A stretch of 64,000 bases of DNA from an uncultured virus (IMG/VR IMGVR_UViG_3300032030_000025) (IMGVR_UViG_3300032030_000025:1-64000), one strand, 5' to 3'. Shown: positions 51,056 to 61,105, counted from the first letter of the stretch. The notes: generated from the letters alone by a model not told the origin. Numbers and translations are program-made.

Positions 51056-51565
51056 ATGGCGTTTGCAAGAGAAATAATTAAGAAAATTTTAGAAAATGTG
51101 CGATTTAGAGTACCAAATACAGAAGAAAAGGAATCATATTATACTCAAATTGGAAACACATTATTAAGAATTTCAAATCATTGCACAAGACTATATGTTT
51201 GGGATGATATTTTAGAAAAAAATCCAAAGTGGAAAGGATTGCCAATTGTTAGTATTGTTTTTGAAGATAAAGATGACACATTTAACGAAATAGATTGTTT
51301 AACCTTGAAGAGATATAGAAGAAGACCAATTAAAGTTAATGAATATGTCTATCGTTTACAAGGAAATGGACAATGGATAACTAAACAAGACGAACAATTA
51401 ATTATACGTTCAATAAAAGGTATTTGTAATGGTCAATATGTAGATATTACTAACAAATGTGATGAACCACAACTTCGTGTTTCGATAAATCCACCTGATA
51501 AGGATGATGACAAGAATTTAGATGATAATAATCAAATAAACGAACATAAAACTATAACAAAATGA
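51056..51565 (+). CDS. Hypothetical protein
   Basis: ESYY..LRISNH motif; TATTTATA upstream. Confidence 0.7.
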   Translation: MAFAREIIKKILENVRFRVPNTEEKESYYTQIGNTLLRISNHCTRLYVWDDILEKNPKWKGLPIVSIVFEDKDDTFNEIDCLTLKRYRRRPIKVNEYVYRLQGNGQWITKQDEQLIIRSIKGICNGQYVDITNKCDEPQLRVSINPPDKDDDKNLDDNNQINEHKTITK

Positions 51566-52050
51566 AGAAAGTAATTAGATTGACAGAAAGTGATTTACAT
51601 AGAATTGTAAAAAATTCAGTAAAAAGAATATTGAGAGAAGCCCAATTGAATGAACTTGACCCTAGAACTTATGCTTCATACGCTCAAAAGAGAAAGGCTC
51701 AAGGACAATATGATAAAGCATATGAAGGTAATGAGAAAGCGAGGGAAGAATGGAATAAACGATATGGGTCTGATACAAATTGGAGAGGTCAAGGTTTAAA
51801 TTATGGTATGTATCCTGGTTTTGCAACATCTGCACATCAACAAGAAGATAATGATACAACAACCGCATCAATGAGGCAAAACCGAGGCGGTACAAGGATA
51901 GAATCTTGGAATTTACCAAATAAAGCAGATTTGGAATATCGAGGTAAATTCAATGATAAAAATCAAGCAATGATAGACAAAGGAGAAAGAGTTGCAAACC
52001 AAATGTCTAATGGTAACGGAAGATATGTCAAAGGTAAAGGTTGGCAATAA
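51562..52050 (+). CDS. RLTE-leader protein, unknown cargo
   Basis: MKKVIRLTESDLHRIVKNSVKRILREAQLNE. Confidence 0.8.
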   Translation: MKKVIRLTESDLHRIVKNSVKRILREAQLNELDPRTYASYAQKRKAQGQYDKAYEGNEKAREEWNKRYGSDTNWRGQGLNYGMYPGFATSAHQQEDNDTTTASMRQNRGGTRIESWNLPNKADLEYRGKFNDKNQAMIDKGERVANQMSNGNGRYVKGKGWQ

Positions 52051-52073
52051 AAATAAAAATAAATAATAGCTTT

Positions 52074-52397
52074 ATGAAAAGAAGAATTAGGCTTACAGAA
52101 TCAGATGTTAGAAACATTGTGAAAAGAAGCGTTAAGAGAATATTGAAGGAACAAAGTCCAGATTTTGGTAAAATTGGGCAAACAATGGGTCAATTTCAAT
52201 CTTGGGAAATGATTGATTGCCTTGCTGAAGTCATAACTAATTGTGATGCAAACAAAGCTCAAACTCTTGCGGAAGACTTGTATAGGGCATTTGAAAGCAG
52301 TGACACGACATATGCAATTGATGATATAATCAGAAAGTACAATCCTAATTGCCCACAAAAACCACAAGTAGATTGGAGTTATAATGATAACTTCTAA
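52074..52397 (+). CDS. RLTE-leader protein, unknown cargo
   Basis: Start at MKRRIRLTESDVRNIVKRSVKRILKE. Confidence 0.8.
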   Translation: MKRRIRLTESDVRNIVKRSVKRILKEQSPDFGKIGQTMGQFQSWEMIDCLAEVITNCDANKAQTLAEDLYRAFESSDTTYAIDDIIRKYNPNCPQKPQVDWSYNDNF

Positions 52398-52444
52398 TTA
52401 ATATTTATTAACTAAAAAAAATTGTTTGTATCAAAAAAATGTAT

Positions 52445-52452
52445 TATATTTG
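52445..52452 (+). promoter_or_regulatory. Bacteroidota-type -7 element TATATTTG
   Basis: TATATTTGCA lies 15 nt upstream of ATG 52468; a similar element is at 49261. Confidence 0.55.
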
Positions 52453-52467
52453 CACAAAAAATATAAT

Positions 52468-53022
52468 ATGACTGTAATTTCTGCAAATTTAGGCGATATA
52501 GACAATAAGTACAATCATTACCTTTGGGAAGGTATTGACTGCAAGGTTATAGAGTTAACCCCTTCATCTACCGATTGGGAGCAGATGGTTGATGATGCCA
52601 TTGCAAACGAGACAGATACGTTGATATTTGTTGGACACGGCTCACCACATGGATTGTATTTTCCGACATCTACGTTTGAAGAGTATATTTTACACGCAAA
52701 CAATGTTGGGCTTATCAAGGCAAAGAAAGTCATCTGCATTTGGTGTTATGCATCATCGTTTTGTCAACAACACAATTTGAACGCATTTGCTTCTTCAATG
52801 TTCATTTCCAACAGCAAAGAGGCAGAATCGTGCTTGGGTGTGTTTTCACCTCAAGAGGACGTGACATCAGTACAGAATCAGATTTTTAGGGAGATAAACT
52901 ATATGTTAAAGAATGGTGTTCCCTTGGATGATTATGTAATGAGGCTTGGCGCAAGAATGGATTGTGAGAATCCTATTGATACCTTTAACAGACAAGGTTT
53001 CATATACATAAAAAATGAGTGA
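52468..53022 (+). CDS. Hypothetical protein, possible clan CD (caspase/gingipain-like) fold
   Basis: LIFVGHGS ... VICIWCYA His/Cys pattern. Confidence 0.55.
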   Translation: MTVISANLGDIDNKYNHYLWEGIDCKVIELTPSSTDWEQMVDDAIANETDTLIFVGHGSPHGLYFPTSTFEEYILHANNVGLIKAKKVICIWCYASSFCQQHNLNAFASSMFISNSKEAESCLGVFSPQEDVTSVQNQIFREINYMLKNGVPLDDYVMRLGARMDCENPIDTFNRQGFIYIKNE

Positions 53023-53097
53023 ATCAAAAAAAAGGTTCACTCATTTTTTTGTTATAATCAGTGTCTTACAGACTATTTATTAGAAATAAAATATAAT

Positions 53098-53775
53098 ATG
53101 AGGTTTATTATAACTGAACGACAGTATAGAAATAACATATTAAATGAAGCACAAGATGATACATTTAGTTATGAAGAAATGAAATCAATTTCTGAATTAC
53201 ACAGTCTTGTATGTTATTGTTATCAACACTTGGGTGATGATATTGGTATGGGAAGTTCTAGGTGCGTTTTCCAACTATCAGACGAGTGGGTTATTAAGGT
53301 AGCATACAACAAGAAGGGACTTGCACAAAATGAAGAAGAATGGAAGGCTTTGTCATCAATGGACTCATTAGGAATTTTCGTCAAAATAGACGAGAAATTG
53401 AGTGATTTGGAAAATTTCAAATGGATTGTTTCTGAATTTGTTTTACCAGCTCAAAAGGAGGATTTTCAAGAATGCTGCGGATTGTCTTGGTCAACTGTTC
53501 AATTGTTCCTTAGGAAATCACAAGAAAAACATCGTCTTCCAGATATGTCGTGGATATGGAAAAAATGCAATATGTCAGATAAAATGTACAACAATTTGAT
53601 TAATACAAATGATTTGTGTAAAGGACTTGATGAATATAATGCGAAATATCATCATCATCATGCTGATTTGCGTAGAATAGATGCATTTGGAATGACATTA
53701 AGAAATGGAAAACCAACTATGGTTTTATTGGATTATGGATTAACTAATGAAGTTTTTAATAGGTTGTATAAATGA
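53098..53775 (+). CDS. Protein-kinase-fold protein, paralogue of 42914
   Basis: IGMGSSRCVF, VIKVA, AQNEEE, HADLRRIDAFG, VLLDYG. Confidence 0.7.
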   Translation: MRFIITERQYRNNILNEAQDDTFSYEEMKSISELHSLVCYCYQHLGDDIGMGSSRCVFQLSDEWVIKVAYNKKGLAQNEEEWKALSSMDSLGIFVKIDEKLSDLENFKWIVSEFVLPAQKEDFQECCGLSWSTVQLFLRKSQEKHRLPDMSWIWKKCNMSDKMYNNLINTNDLCKGLDEYNAKYHHHHADLRRIDAFGMTLRNGKPTMVLLDYGLTNEVFNRLYK

Positions 53776-55859
53776 TGGTAAATTTTGAACATATAATAAA
53801 TGAATGCTTGAATGGGAATAAACGCATCAAGAAAAAGGTTTTGACTGAAGATTCAAGATGGAATAGGATTAGGAATATTATACTTAACTATATTTCTACT
53901 CAAACTGGTATGCCAATAGATTCTGAACAAGTAAAAGAATTGACTCAACAAGTATGGGACAATTTCGTTGAGCATCCAGAGGCTGCTGTAAACCATCACA
54001 GGCAGAACAACGAGATTGGACCTATAAGGGACATTATTCCAAGGCTTTTGCCATATGCGCTTAAAAAGGATGCAGAAGGTAATTTCTATATTGATAATGG
54101 CCATAGATTGAGGGATAGCTTTGAAAGGCTTCTGAAGGCAAAGGTGCGCAATACCAACTTTATAGGTGATGACGAGGATTTGTATTCTTGGAGAGACAAC
54201 GAAAGATACAACGAGCTTCTGAACAATAGAAAGCAAGAGAATGGTGATAATGTAATACCAGATTTTCATTATAGTGTATATAAGGTTGAAGATTATGACA
54301 CGCCAATTAAAGGCTTGGGGTGTACATTAAAAGAGATTGGTTCATTTACTGGTGGTAATGGTTCAAGCCCTTTATGTTATACACAAAGTAAAGGTACATA
54401 TAACGATTATACCCATAATGGTAAATACCCTATGTATATACTGTTGAGAGATGGATGGCAGAATGAGCAAAGAAAACCAAGCGAAGGCTATCCGTATGAC
54501 AGTTATGGTTTGTCAATGATATTCATTGTAGTATCAAGTGTTGGTAATATTGAAACAAGTAATGTAAGATGGAACCACGGTGACAATTCTTATTACGATG
54601 TTGACAAAATGTTTAATTTTGGCTCGTTGGAGAAGGTTGTTGGAAGTCAATGTGTAAATGCTGTTGGATTGGAGGATTCTACAAGTGATGTTGCAAAGAT
54701 GAAAATTATACTTGATATTAGTAAAAAATTAAAAGAATGTAAAGATATTGATGAATTATTTGATATAGTTGCTATGTCAAACGAAGGGATAGCTGAGGTT
54801 AAAATTTATGAGCTTGGTTGGAACTATTTGGTGATTAATGAAAGAAGATTGTTGTGTGATGAATGGTTTGAAAATGCCTTTCCGTTCCAAAATGGAATTG
54901 GACGTGTAGCAATAAAAGATACGAATTCTCATATTATTAAATTCAACTTCGTTAATAGGAGTGGAAACCTAATAAGTGAAACAAATTTTTTTAACGCAAA
55001 AGATTTTAGCGAAGGATTTGCAACTGTTTGTATTGAACCGCAAGGAATGAACAGATGGACTGTAATTGACAAGAATGGTAGGGTGATTGTGAAAAATAAA
55101 TTTCACTATATAAATAAATTCCAAAACGGTTTTGCTGTTGTTGAAATTTATGAAGGGTATACTTTTTATGGCCCAAAAACAAGTTGTAATTATATTGACA
55201 AAAATGGCAAATTATTATGTGATAGAAATTATCCTATAGCGTGGGATTTTTATCCAAGTGGATATGCACTAGTTAAATCAAATAGCAATTCAAACTATAA
55301 AACATTGATTGATAGTGAAGGTAACGAGATGTTTACTAATGAAGTACATACAGTTTTAGATAAAGGTGAATTCATAATAGTATATTTTGATAATGTGAGA
55401 AAGATTAGCCTTTTTCCAAATCACGTCTTTGGTTTGCCATGCAAGATTGTCCAAACGGCTGATTGTAATTTGCTAAACGTCCAAGGTGTTAGACTTGAGA
55501 ACGGCAAATTAGGATATTTCAATTATGAGACTGGCAGACTTCTTGGGGAAAAGACTTTCAGCACAATATCAAGGTTTGATAGAGATACTAAGCTTGCAGT
55601 AGTTGGTTTACAATCTGGTAACCGTGTCTTGCGTACCTTAATTAATAGTGAGGGTGAATTTATAACTGATAAATTATATAAATACGTTTTATTTGACAAT
55701 GAATATAGTTCAAATGGAACGGTTATATTTGCACAGAGAAAGGACGGAAGCATTTGTGAAATAAGAAAGGATGGTGTTGAACGAGAAATATCAGAACAAA
55801 CAATGCGTTATATAAAGCAAGTATATGAAAATGTCTTTTTTAGGGACAAAATGTATTGA
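53772..55859 (+). CDS. WG-repeat (KWG-like) protein with N-terminal unknown domain
   Basis: Repeated F.NG.A.V....(W/F)N(Y/F)I.K.G units. Confidence 0.75.
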   Translation: MMVNFEHIINECLNGNKRIKKKVLTEDSRWNRIRNIILNYISTQTGMPIDSEQVKELTQQVWDNFVEHPEAAVNHHRQNNEIGPIRDIIPRLLPYALKKDAEGNFYIDNGHRLRDSFERLLKAKVRNTNFIGDDEDLYSWRDNERYNELLNNRKQENGDNVIPDFHYSVYKVEDYDTPIKGLGCTLKEIGSFTGGNGSSPLCYTQSKGTYNDYTHNGKYPMYILLRDGWQNEQRKPSEGYPYDSYGLSMIFIVVSSVGNIETSNVRWNHGDNSYYDVDKMFNFGSLEKVVGSQCVNAVGLEDSTSDVAKMKIILDISKKLKECKDIDELFDIVAMSNEGIAEVKIYELGWNYLVINERRLLCDEWFENAFPFQNGIGRVAIKDTNSHIIKFNFVNRSGNLISETNFFNAKDFSEGFATVCIEPQGMNRWTVIDKNGRVIVKNKFHYINKFQNGFAVVEIYEGYTFYGPKTSCNYIDKNGKLLCDRNYPIAWDFYPSGYALVKSNSNSNYKTLIDSEGNEMFTNEVHTVLDKGEFIIVYFDNVRKISLFPNHVFGLPCKIVQTADCNLLNVQGVRLENGKLGYFNYETGRLLGEKTFSTISRFDRDTKLAVVGLQSGNRVLRTLINSEGEFITDKLYKYVLFDNEYSSNGTVIFAQRKDGSICEIRKDGVEREISEQTMRYIKQVYENVFFRDKMY

Positions 55860-55902
55860 TAAGTAATATAATAAATCATATTCTTTATATAAAGAATATG
55901 AT

Positions 55903-56241
55903 ATGAAAAAGGGAGGATATGTTTATCTGTTGTCAGAATCTGACAATGAAGGGATTTACAAGATTGGTGTCACAAGGGGTTCCATCGAGAACAGAATAAA
56001 GGCTTTGCAAACTGGTAACTCAAATGAAATTTCAATCAGAAAGTATTACAAGACTGAAATGCCTTTCTTGTTGGAGAAGAAGCTTCACGAGCACCATATT
56101 GGAAGCAAGATAAGCGGTGAATGGTACTTGTTGACTGATGATGAGGTACTTAATTTCGAGAATGAATGCTCTGATTTGGAAAAGATGATTAATTCACTGT
56201 CAGACAATCCGTTTGTGAAGGCAAAGATAGGTGGCATTTGA
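55903..56241 (+). CDS. GIY-YIG superfamily (T5orf172-like) nuclease
   Basis: GYVYLL..YKIGVT..RIKALQTGN..EKKLH..GEWY. Confidence 0.8.
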   Translation: MKKGGYVYLLSESDNEGIYKIGVTRGSIENRIKALQTGNSNEISIRKYYKTEMPFLLEKKLHEHHIGSKISGEWYLLTDDEVLNFENECSDLEKMINSLSDNPFVKAKIGGI

Positions 56242-56339
56242 AAAATAAACAAAATTTCAAATGTCACTATTTTTGTTAAAATAGGTTTGAAAACAATAAT
56301 TAAATATATTTATAATAAATTAAATATTAATAGAATATT

Positions 56340-59300
56340 ATGCCAAGAAGTTCAATATATAATCACGTTTCGCCTGGAGTATATTCTAGGGAAATCATAG
56401 ATTTAACCGTTAACGAGGAAAAGGACGATGGTTTGACAAGTTTGGGCGTTGTAGGCGAAACTGAAAACGGAAAGGCTTTCATACCTACAAGAATATCAAA
56501 ATGGGATGAATTTACCGAAAAGTTCGGAAATACAAATCCAGAGATATTCGAGGAAAGCAAATATCCAAGATATGAGCTTCCTTATATTGCCAAGACATAT
56601 TCCCAACAGTCAAACAACATGAAGGTTACAAGGGTTCTAGGTATGAGCGGTTACAATGCTGGTCCAGCTTGGGTTATAACAGCACATAGGACACTCGAAA
56701 CAAGTGGTGATAAAATGGAGGAAACAAAGTATGACAATATGGTAGTTGCCGTATTGCGTTCTCGTGCGTATTATACTGATTATGAGAGATATGCAAGTGA
56801 ATATTACGAAGACAGTGGGACTACATCCCAAATGTGTGATTGTGGGCATACTGCTGCATATGACAAGATTAGGTTTAATGTTGGTGAATTGAGCCTTAAA
56901 CCAGAATGCTTGTATGTTACGCATTATAATCCAAGTGCTATTACTTTGAGTGCATATCATTCAACAAGCAATTTCGGTGATGAATGTGAGACGTATATTG
57001 GTGGAACCGATGAAGAGTCTTTTGAAGTTGATTACACAAATCACGGAAGGTTTTCAATAAATGGATTTACTGGTATTGGCGATGGAAGCAGTGGCAGATT
57101 TTCATATTCGGTTACACTTAATCCAGCTGATTCCAACTATATCTTGAAGGTTCTTGGTACAGACCCAATGAATGGCAAAGCACCAATTTATGTTGAGTCT
57201 CTATATGATAATGCCTTAAATGAGGGTATTGAGAACGGAACAATCAAAGAAATTAACTCTAAATTGGTATTTTATGATGTGTGCTATACAGCAGACCTTG
57301 TTAGTGTACCGCCAGTTGATGGTTTGGTAGAGAAAGGTGAAGGTGCACTTCGAAAATCGGATATAGGTAAAAGACTGTTGTATTCCAAGAATGCTAATGA
57401 TAATGATTTGTATTTTTACGACTTTATAGCTGATGGTGACAAGTATATCGTTATAAAGAAGCAAGGAACCAAAATGGAAGATGGAAACATCTACAAGGTT
57501 CTTTCGTTTGTTGATAAAGGCAAGTTGAGAATTGTATATGGAAAGGTTCATAAAAAGAATGGTGATTTGGTATACAACAAGACTACAGATGAATATACAG
57601 AAGGTTTTGACGAAGATTCTTACGACAATCTTGTAGAAGTGCCAAATGGTACTTGGTCTGAAGAAAGTGAAGAAGGACAGACGCTTAAAGATGAAATTTA
57701 CAAGGGTGAGGGTGGCTTGAATATTATAAGTGATATTGATAAAAACGGAAATATATTCAATAATACCGTTGCTGTAAAGAACAAGAAGGATGGTAAATAT
57801 TATGTATTGACACAAGACCATTATGAATTACAAAAAAGTACTGGTATGGTACTTGATAATATTATGTGGCCTGGTACATTAAGATACCCAACAACACTTT
57901 ATGGAAAGGTTAAGTATCCAAATCTCGTCAGACGTTTTTATGGTAGTGATGGCAAAGTAAAGAAGACTGAATTTATCAATGTACACGATGAACCAAGTGA
58001 TTATTTGGTAAATGTTACTGTGTATGATACAAATGGTACTGTAAAACCAGGTCCATCAACAAGTAATAGTGGAAAAACATATAATGGTATTATTGTACCT
58101 AATAGTTTTTTATCTCATCCAGATATTATTAACAGATTAAAAAATCCAAATAGTACGGTTATAAGTGCAAAAACAAACTCTACGTATCCTATTTATTCAG
58201 CTAGTACGGTATTGGTTGGTAAGACAATGGATATATTGAATTATAAATGTAGTGGAAAAACATATAATGTAGATGTTTGTACAGAAATAGCCCCAACACC
58301 AAATGTGCCTATTGCAGCAAGCGGTTCATCAGCTAACGGTTATACAGTTGGAAAATTAAGCCCAGATAAGATTGCTACTGCAACACCTCTTGTTGGGTGG
58401 ACAGTGGTTATAAATACAAAATCTATTTCACCAGAAGCAGATGTTAATTATGCAGATGAAAAAACAACTGGCACACCTAAATTTGATTATTATTTCAATT
58501 TTGGTACAAATTCTGGTGGTTTGGTTAATTTACATGAAACTTATAGTACGGCAATCTATAAGGATATGTATTTTTATGATAAGGTGAATGGTACATATCC
58601 AGTCACTTGTGACTTGAACAACTACAAGGAGCCATATAGGAATGCTATGACACCTTGGTTGGTATCCAACGTTAAGGGTGATAGTATGAATATGGCACTT
58701 AACAAGTTGTTCAGATTCCATACTGTTAAGGATGGCGTTGATACCACAAACTTGGTAAAGGTGTCGATTGCAGACATTTCAGTTGATGACTGTACGTTTA
58801 CTGTATATGTGAGGGATATAAATGATACTGATAGCAATCCAAGGATATTGGAGAGTTATACGAAGTGCAATTTATCACCTAATTCACCAGATTATATTGC
58901 ATATAGAATAGGTACATCTGATGGTCTTTTTGCAAGCAAGTCAAACTATATAACAGTTGAAATGAAGGATGGTATTGATGTTAGCAATGCTGTTCCTTGC
59001 GGATTCATCGGTTATCCTACAGAACACTTCGAAGGTGTCCCATTTGTATATGGTTCTGTTTTCAATCCATATAGGAATTGGGATGTAACTGAAGGTTTTG
59101 TAAATGGTTTGATAACTACACCAAACTTGAAGTACAACACTATTTATGACACATCTATAAGCAATAGGAAACAATATTTTGGCTTGTCAGATTTGGAGGG
59201 TATTGATTATGACTTGTTCAAGTATAAGGGATGTTCATCTTACGATGATAAACAAGAAACACTTACCAAGGGGTTCCACCTTGATTGCCGTTTGAATGAG

Positions 59301-60530
59301 ACTTCATATTCTGGTGATGAGTTTGAAAGTATAACAATTACAGTTGATGGTGAAGTTGGATATTCATTTGACACTGTAGATATTACCAATCAATCGAATA
59401 TATATTACGATATGCCTATCATAGATACTGAAGAAAATATGATTAACAACATATATGTAAACAAGAATTTGAGGAAGTTTACAGTATATTTCTATGGTGG
59501 TTTTGATGGTTGGGACGAGCATAGGGGCTATAGGTCAACATTGGACAGATTCAAGACTTGCAACTATAAGGGATATTATAACAAGTTTGTCGGTGAAGGA
59601 TTCTCGTTTGGCAAGATATGGAATAGCAAGGCGCTTGATTTGCCTTCTGACTCCATTACATCTGATTGGTATGCTTTCTTGCGTGGAGCACGCCAATATT
59701 CAAACCCAGAATCAATTAGCATAAATGTGTTTGCAACACCAGGTTTTGATTGTATCAACAGTACAACATTGAGTGATTCTGTAATTGATATGATTGAAGA
59801 GGAAAGAGGTGACAGCCTTTATGTAATGACATTACCAGATAAGCCTTTTGGTGCAAATGACGGTAAGAATGAGATGTATATTCCAAGTATGATAAGTGAT
59901 TATTTATATGATACTGGTCTTGACAGTAATTATACTTGTGTATATTATCCGTGGGTTAAGTTTGATGATACAGAACATTCACAATACATTTATTTACCAC
60001 CAACAAAGGACGTGGTAAGGAATATAGCAATTTCAGACAACACATCGTCAGCTTGGCTATCACCAGCGGGTAAGAACAGAGGTGATGTTGAATGTATTGA
60101 GCCAAGATTGAAGACTACATTGGAAGACGAGGATATACTTTATGAAGGAAGAATCAATCCAATCAAGACTTTTGCATATGAAGGCTCATATATTTGGGGA
60201 CAGAAGAACTTGCAGATTGAGGAAAATATACTGAATAGGATTTCAATCAGAAGGCTGCTCAACCATATAAAGAGAAATCTTGCTGTAGCTTGCAGAAGCA
60301 TCATATTCGAGCTTAACGATGCCAATACCAAGAGCAGTCTGTCTGAAGCCATAATCGGTGTTATGGGTGATGTACAAGCTAACAGAGGCATAACCGATTA
60401 TCGATATGAGATTGACGAAAATGCAAATGGTGACGAGATTCCTTGCAAGATTTGGTTGAGACCAATTGCAACTCTTGAATATATACCAATTGACTTGATA
60501 TTGACACAAAACGGAATCAATTTCAAATAA
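56340..60530 (+). CDS. Tail sheath protein 2 (paralogue with a large insertion)
   Basis: Collinear with 45829: SPGVYSRE, YELPYIAK, VLGMSGYNAGPAW, FYGGFDGWD, YYPWV, WGQKNL. Confidence 0.9.
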   Translation: MPRSSIYNHVSPGVYSREIIDLTVNEEKDDGLTSLGVVGETENGKAFIPTRISKWDEFTEKFGNTNPEIFEESKYPRYELPYIAKTYSQQSNNMKVTRVLGMSGYNAGPAWVITAHRTLETSGDKMEETKYDNMVVAVLRSRAYYTDYERYASEYYEDSGTTSQMCDCGHTAAYDKIRFNVGELSLKPECLYVTHYNPSAITLSAYHSTSNFGDECETYIGGTDEESFEVDYTNHGRFSINGFTGIGDGSSGRFSYSVTLNPADSNYILKVLGTDPMNGKAPIYVESLYDNALNEGIENGTIKEINSKLVFYDVCYTADLVSVPPVDGLVEKGEGALRKSDIGKRLLYSKNANDNDLYFYDFIADGDKYIVIKKQGTKMEDGNIYKVLSFVDKGKLRIVYGKVHKKNGDLVYNKTTDEYTEGFDEDSYDNLVEVPNGTWSEESEEGQTLKDEIYKGEGGLNIISDIDKNGNIFNNTVAVKNKKDGKYYVLTQDHYELQKSTGMVLDNIMWPGTLRYPTTLYGKVKYPNLVRRFYGSDGKVKKTEFINVHDEPSDYLVNVTVYDTNGTVKPGPSTSNSGKTYNGIIVPNSFLSHPDIINRLKNPNSTVISAKTNSTYPIYSASTVLVGKTMDILNYKCSGKTYNVDVCTEIAPTPNVPIAASGSSANGYTVGKLSPDKIATATPLVGWTVVINTKSISPEADVNYADEKTTGTPKFDYYFNFGTNSGGLVNLHETYSTAIYKDMYFYDKVNGTYPVTCDLNNYKEPYRNAMTPWLVSNVKGDSMNMALNKLFRFHTVKDGVDTTNLVKVSIADISVDDCTFTVYVRDINDTDSNPRILESYTKCNLSPNSPDYIAYRIGTSDGLFASKSNYITVEMKDGIDVSNAVPCGFIGYPTEHFEGVPFVYGSVFNPYRNWDVTEGFVNGLITTPNLKYNTIYDTSISNRKQYFGLSDLEGIDYDLFKYKGCSSYDDKQETLTKGFHLDCRLNETSYSGDEFESITITVDGEVGYSFDTVDITNQSNIYYDMPIIDTEENMINNIYVNKNLRKFTVYFYGGFDGWDEHRGYRSTLDRFKTCNYKGYYNKFVGEGFSFGKIWNSKALDLPSDSITSDWYAFLRGARQYSNPESISINVFATPGFDCINSTTLSDSVIDMIEEERGDSLYVMTLPDKPFGANDGKNEMYIPSMISDYLYDTGLDSNYTCVYYPWVKFDDTEHSQYIYLPPTKDVVRNIAISDNTSSAWLSPAGKNRGDVECIEPRLKTTLEDEDILYEGRINPIKTFAYEGSYIWGQKNLQIEENILNRISIRRLLNHIKRNLAVACRSIIFELNDANTKSSLSEAIIGVMGDVQANRGITDYRYEIDENANGDEIPCKIWLRPIATLEYIPIDLILTQNGINFK

Positions 60531-60625
60531 TTAAAATCCATACGAAAAGTATGGATTTTTTTATTTTATATATTATTTTTTTTAAAAAACGGTAATTGCC
60601 ATATTTATTTGTAAACTAATCTGAT

Positions 60626-61105
60626 ATGAAGCAAGTTTTGAAAAACAAGAACGCTCAAGTTAAATCTGACAGCAAACCACGTTTCAAACCAAGGAAATTC
60701 AAGCATCCCAAATATGGCACATCAAAACTTGAAGAGGATTTTGCTCACAATTTTCTTGATAAGCTTGGTTTGGAATATGAGTATCAGTTCGAAGCAAGGG
60801 ACATTGGAAGATTTTATGACTTCAAGTGCAACAATGTGCTTATCGAGATTGATGGTGACTATTATCACGCAAACCCATTGATTTACGAGGAAGAGGATTT
60901 GAGCACGATGCAGAAGAAGAACAAGAGGATTGACGAATATAAGGACAAGTGGGCAATTGCTCACGGTCATCCAATCTTGAGAATATGGGAGCACGATATA
61001 AGGCATAATCCAGATAAGGTTCTTGAAATGCTTAAGGAAAGATTCTACATAAAAGATGCAAATAAGAATACTAACAAGCCAAAAAGAAAGATACTAAAGA
61101 AATGA
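60626..61105 (+). CDS. Vsr/DUF559-like PD-(D/E)xK endonuclease
   Basis: TSKLE, FYDF, IEIDGDYYH, ILRIWEHDI. Confidence 0.75.
   Translation: MKQVLKNKNAQVKSDSKPRFKPRKFKHPKYGTSKLEEDFAHNFLDKLGLEYEYQFEARDIGRFYDFKCNNVLIEIDGDYYHANPLIYEEEDLSTMQKKNKRIDEYKDKWAIAHGHPILRIWEHDIRHNPDKVLEMLKERFYIKDANKNTNKPKRKILKK

Noticed and set aside
57810..58595. Intein or intron in sheath 2
   Set aside because: The frame is continuous, with no C/S start, no HN end and no recognisable group I/II features.
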